From Camelus dromedarius (lineage: Eukaryota): DNA of 64,000 nt. Every line of letters begins with the position of its first letter. Position 1 is the first letter of the stretch. The notes beneath the pieces are model-generated. The model worked only from the letters and a program-made list of their open reading frames with translations, had not been told where the DNA came from and made no database searches. Positions 62,508-64,000 of the stretch are shown here, in pieces. The DNA is taken from the NCBI RefSeq assembly GCF_036321535.1, contig NC_087437.1, positions 11,162,001 through 11,226,000 of the forward strand. The letters are read 5' to 3'. Made by a program: the position numbers and the translations under genes.

Positions 62508-64000
62508 ATAAGATGGCAGAGTAGGAAGTCCCTGAGCTCATCTACTCCCACCAACACACCAGAATTACAGCTATTTACAGAGCAACTGTGAGATGAGAAA
62601 GACTGGAAGGCTAAGTGGAAAAGGTCTTGACAACAGAAGATACAAAGAAGGAATCACACTAAGATGGGTAGGAAGGGTGGAGATGTGGTATAGTCAAGAC
62701 GCACACCTTTGGGTGGGTGTCCCACAAATGGGAGGATAATTACATTTTCAGAGAGTCCACATTGGGCTACCCAACCTGGGAGTCCTGCATCGGGAAGATG
62801 AACCCCCAGAATGTTTGGCTTTAAGGCCAGTGGGGCTTACTTTAGGGAATAACTCCACTTTTAAAGGATACGCACAAAATCTCACACGTTCTGGAACCCA
62901 GAGCAGAAGCAGTCATTTGAAAGGAACCTGGATCAGACACACCTGCTGATCTTGGAGAGTCTTCTAGAGAGGCAGGAGGCAACTGGAGCTCACCCTGGAG
63001 CCGCAGACACAGGCGGCATGCATTTTTGGGAGCTCGTTCTACCACGTGGACACTGGTGGTGGCAAGTGCCCCTGTGGAATCCTCCTAGCTCATTAGCATT
63101 GGGACCCAGCCCCATTCACCAGCCTGCCAGGACCAGTACTGGGCTGCATAGGACGTCTCCTTCAAAAGGCCACTTCTCCAAGGTTGGGAAAGGTAACTAA
63201 CCTACCAAATACATAGAAATCGGAACAGCAAATTAAGCAGAATGAGGCAACAGAGGAATATATACCCAAATGAAGGAACAAGATAAAGCCCCAGAAGAAG
63301 AACTAAAAGAAGGGGAGATAGACAACCTACACCATAAAGAATTGAAGGTAATGATCCTAAAGGTGTTCAAAGAACTTGGGAGAAGATGGATGAACAGAGT
63401 GAAAAGTTAGAAGTTTTTAACAAAGAGTTAGAAAAAGGAAAAGCCAACCCGAGATGACAACTGCAATAACTGAAATAAGAAATACACCAGAAGGAATCAA
63501 CAGTAGATGAGATGGCACAGAGGAATGGATGAGTGAGCTGGAAGACGGAGTAGTGGGAATCACTGAAGCAGAACAGGAGAAAAGAAAACAGAAAAGAGAT
63601 GAGGACAGTTTTAGAGACCTTTGAGACAAAATCAGGTGTACTAACATTTACATTACAGGCATCCCAGAAGGAGAAGAGAGACAGAAAGGGGCAGAGAACA
63701 CATGTGGAGACATAGTAGCTGTAAACCTGGGAAAGGAAACAGACATCCAGGTCCAGGAAGCACAGAGAGTCCCAAACAGGATCAACCCAAAGAGGATCCC
63801 ACTGAGACTCGCTGTAGTTAAAACGGCAAAAGTTAAAGATAGAGAATATTAAAAGGAGCAAGGGGGAAAGCAACAAGTAACATATAAGAGAACTGCCGTA
63901 AAACTATCTGCTGACTCTTCAGCAGAAACCCTGCAGGTCAGAAGGGAGTGGCATGCTATATTTAAAGCGTCAAAAGGGAAAAACTTACAACCAAGAGTCC
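62508..64000 (+). mobile_element. L1 5' UTR and degenerate ORF1 (runs off the window)
   Basis: Starts aagatggcagagtaggaag; ORF1p motifs NIYITGIPEGEE...DIQVQEAQRVPNRINPKR...LSADSSAETLQVRREW. Confidence 0.9.

Noticed and set aside
1..64000. CRISPR arrays, operons or other prokaryotic systems
   Set aside because: The DNA is mammalian, and no regularly spaced repeat-spacer array was seen.

Overview
Mammalian genomic DNA, most likely camelid, judging by the tRNA-derived Vic-1-type SINEs and recurrent young L1 3' ends. The first ~6.9 kb holds the last intron, the last coding exon (3463-3659) and the ~3.2 kb 3' UTR of NR1D2 (Rev-erb beta). The rest is repeat-rich (L1, L2, MIR, MaLR/ERV LTRs, hAT MERs). 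The main unexplained structure starts at an orphan CpG-island promoter at ~25.7 kb. It is followed by nine plus-strand exon-like islands of unique sequence (25.8-58.7 kb) with splice signals and mostly compatible phases. Joined, they give a ~575-codon signal-peptide-bearing, Cys-containing protein broken by 17 stops, at least one frameshift and several mutated splice sites. I infer a fossil multi-exon (unitary) pseudogene of an unrecognised secreted-protein family downstream of NR1D2. This reconstruction was done by eye and needs homology confirmation. Repeat family names come from recalled consensus motifs, and repeat boundaries are approximate.
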